Shown here: positions 43,730 through 45,401 of the stretch, piece after piece | Position numbering within the stretch: the first letter of the stretch is position 1 | Layout: every line of letters starts with the position of its first letter | From: Gaiellaceae bacterium | Lineage (GTDB): Bacteria; Actinomycetota; Thermoleophilia; Gaiellales; Gaiellaceae | Direction: 5' to 3' | Assembly: GCA_036265755.1 (NCBI GenBank) | Contig: DATAOL010000027.1 | Location: forward strand, 1-45,401 | Length of the DNA stretch: 45,401 nucleotides | Translations under genes and position numbers: made by a program | Notes under the pieces: generated by a model | The model's database searches: none | What the model saw: the letters and a program-made list of their open reading frames with translations, nothing else | What the model was told of the DNA's origin: nothing

Positions 43730-45401
43730 GTGGACCGCGCGAAGCATCCAAACCTGCACACATTCGGCCGTCTCGTCGGCTTTCTGCGCCCGTACCGCTG
43801 GTCGTTGATCGTGTCCATCGTCCTCGCGGTCGCCGCCCAGGCCGCCTCGATCGGGCTCGTCCGGCTGACGCAGAGCGTCATCGACTCCGCGATCCGCCCT
43901 CGAGACGAGCGGATGCTGTGGATCCTGATCGGGGTGATCCTCGGAGTGGGGCTCGCCAAGGCGCTGCTCATGGTCGGGCGGAGGTTCATCTCCGGCCGGC
44001 AGGCGCTTGGCGTCGAGTTCGACATGCGAAACGCGCTCTACGCGCATCTCCTCCGCCTGTCGTTCGGGTTCTACGACCGCCACCAGACCGGCCAGCTCAT
44101 GTCGCGCGCGACCGTCGACCTGCAGGCGGTGCGGTTCTTCCTCGGCTACGGGCTCATTTTCTTCTTCCAGCACATCCTCACGATCGTCGGCGTCACGGCG
44201 ATCATGTTCTGGACGAACTGGAAGCTGGCGCTGATCACGCTCGCGATCACGCCGATCATCGTCGCGCTCGCGTATCGGTACTCGCACGTCTCGCACCCGG
44301 TGCTTCGCGACGTCCAGCAGAAGATGGCCGACGTGGCGACCGTCGCGGAGGAGAACATCGTCGGCGTCCACGTCGTCAAGTCGTTCGCCCAGGAGGCTCA
44401 GGAGCAGGCGAAGTTCCAGCGCCGGTCCGATGCGGTGTTCGACCAGAGCGTCCTCGCGAACCGGCAGCGGTCGCTCTACGTGCCGGTCCTGAGCTTCGTG
44501 CCGCTCCTCGCGCAGGCCGCCGTGCTCCTCGTCGGCGGCTGGATGGTCGTGCACGCGACCCTCACGGTCGGCGAGTTCTTCGCCTTCAACCTGTACGTGA
44601 CGATGCTGATCATGCCCCTGCGGATGCTCGGCATGTGGATCGGGCAATCACAGCGGGCGACGGCGTCCGGCGAGCGCATCTTCCAGATCCTCGACGAGCC
44701 GGAGGAGATCGCCGAGCGACCGGATGCGCAGGAGCTTCCGCCCGGTCCCGGGCGGGTCGACTTCGAGAGCGTCTCGTTCGGCTACGACCCCGAGCGCCTC
44801 GTCCTCTCCGGCGTCGACCTCGGGATCGCGCCCGACCAGAACGTCGCGATCATCGGGCACACCGGGTCGGGGAAGACGACCCTCACCGCGCTCGTGCCGC
44901 GCTTCTACGACGCAACCTGGGGGCGCGTCCTCATCGACGGCGTCGACGTGCGCGACGTCACGCTCTCCTCGCTCCGGTCGCAGATCGCGGTCATCTCGCA
45001 GGACCCCTTCCTCTTCTCGACCACCGTGCGCGAAAACATCGCCTTCGGCGCGCCGGCTGCGACCGACGACGAGATCGAGTCGGCCGCGCGCCTCGCCCAG
45101 GCGCACGATTTCGTCGCCGCCCTCCCGAACGGCTACGACACCGTCATCGGCGAGCGCGGGATCACGCTCTCCGGCGGGCAGCGGCAGCGGATCGCGATCG
45201 CGAGGGCGATCGTCCTGAACCCGCGGATCCTCATCCTCGACGACGCGACCGCCTCGGTCGACGCGACGACCGAAGCGCGCATTCGGCTCGGGCTCCGCGA
45301 GGCCATGCAGGGCCGGACGACGCTGATCGTGGCGCACCGGCTCTCGACGATCTCCCTCGCGGACGAGGTCGTCGTCCTCGACCACGGGCGGATCGCGGCG
45401 C
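43730..45401 (+). CDS. ABC exporter, fused permease/ATPase (MsbA/MdlB type), partial; runs off the right window edge
   Basis: Not in the ORF track because it has no stop in the window. The frame is open from GTG 43730 to the end. TMD: FLRPYRWSLIVSIVLAV..., FDMRNALYAHLLRLSFGFYDRHQTGQLMSR. NBD: Walker A GHTGSGKTT, Q-loop ISQDPFLF, signature LSGGQRQRIAIARA, Walker B ILILDD, H-loop VAHRLS. Confidence 0.9.
   Translation, partial: MDRAKHPNLHTFGRLVGFLRPYRWSLIVSIVLAVAAQAASIGLVRLTQSVIDSAIRPRDERMLWILIGVILGVGLAKALLMVGRRFISGRQALGVEFDMRNALYAHLLRLSFGFYDRHQTGQLMSRATVDLQAVRFFLGYGLIFFFQHILTIVGVTAIMFWTNWKLALITLAITPIIVALAYRYSHVSHPVLRDVQQKMADVATVAEENIVGVHVVKSFAQEAQEQAKFQRRSDAVFDQSVLANRQRSLYVPVLSFVPLLAQAAVLLVGGWMVVHATLTVGEFFAFNLYVTMLIMPLRMLGMWIGQSQRATASGERIFQILDEPEEIAERPDAQELPPGPGRVDFESVSFGYDPERLVLSGVDLGIAPDQNVAIIGHTGSGKTTLTALVPRFYDATWGRVLIDGVDVRDVTLSSLRSQIAVISQDPFLFSTTVRENIAFGAPAATDDEIESAARLAQAHDFVAALPNGYDTVIGERGITLSGGQRQRIAIARAIVLNPRILILDDATASVDATTEARIRLGLREAMQGRTTLIVAHRLSTISLADEVVVLDHGRIAA

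Noticed and set aside
43274-45385. Two long minus-strand ORFs (457 aa and 245 aa).
   Set aside because: Both are antisense to the ABC exporter gene, whose plus-strand frame (43730 to the window end) contains Walker A, the Q-loop, LSGGQ, Walker B and the H-loop. The antisense translations are Arg/Asp/Glu/Pro-rich with no motifs.

Overview
This is a 45.4-kb, very GC-rich, densely packed stretch of core chromosome. I call 46 CDS, 41 of them on the minus strand. I found no rRNA or tRNA genes, CRISPR arrays, integrases, transposases or recognisable defence or toxin modules. Gene content and order look like a deep-branching Actinomycetota-type genome (inference only; supported by steA, an mctB-like gene, nadK-recN, and a Cys-containing LepB).

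Reading the minus strand from right to left, the content is:
- hutH-hutU-hutI, followed by a small membrane protein and a SAM methyltransferase.
- MBL hydrolase-hisS-aspS.
- A DivIVA-like / acidic membrane protein / RlpA-like trio.
- A PPOX-like protein.
- mnmA-DUF948-RsbW-like-SigB/F-like sigma.
- alaS.
- ruvX-mltG-aroE-aroC-aroK/B-aroQ-pepP.
- efp-(CT-like::AccB)-accC-nusB-xseB-polyprenyl synthase-tlyA-nadK-recN-steA-SRPBCC-mctB-like-(GT2::PNPT-like)-pyrG.
- M20 peptidase and a DUF3866-like ORF.

The plus strand carries lepB, a cupin, a DppA-like M55 peptidase, an MFS transporter and a partial ABC exporter. A glutamate formimidoyltransferase lies on the minus strand between the MFS and ABC genes.

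Many long ORFs in the supplied track are GC-driven artefacts: antisense frames, alternative frames, or 5' extensions that run through the upstream gene. I trimmed these to plausible starts.

I did not find a clear-cut new multi-gene system such as a defence island. The most unusual items are:
1. The accB slot holds a 606-aa protein. A full-length OadA/PycB-type carboxyltransferase domain, in which all four metal ligands appear substituted, is fused to a bona fide AccB-type biotin carrier.
2. A GT2 glycosyltransferase is fused to a compact MraY/WecA-like membrane domain inside the steA-mctB-pyrG cluster.
3. Nearly every first gene of a transcription unit lacks a Shine-Dalgarno sequence and has a TAnnnT box 6-9 nt upstream of its start codon, which is the leaderless arrangement. 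Four of these boxes share TAGAATCG. Internal genes are instead chained by GTGA/ATGA start-stop overlaps.
4. A DUF948 membrane protein, an apparently kinase-dead RsbW-like protein and a SigB/F-like sigma factor form one coupled operon with no STAS partner in the window.
5. MnmA has an N-terminal extension resembling a cysteine-less IscU/SufU remnant.

All homology statements are by-eye comparisons from memory. No searches were run.
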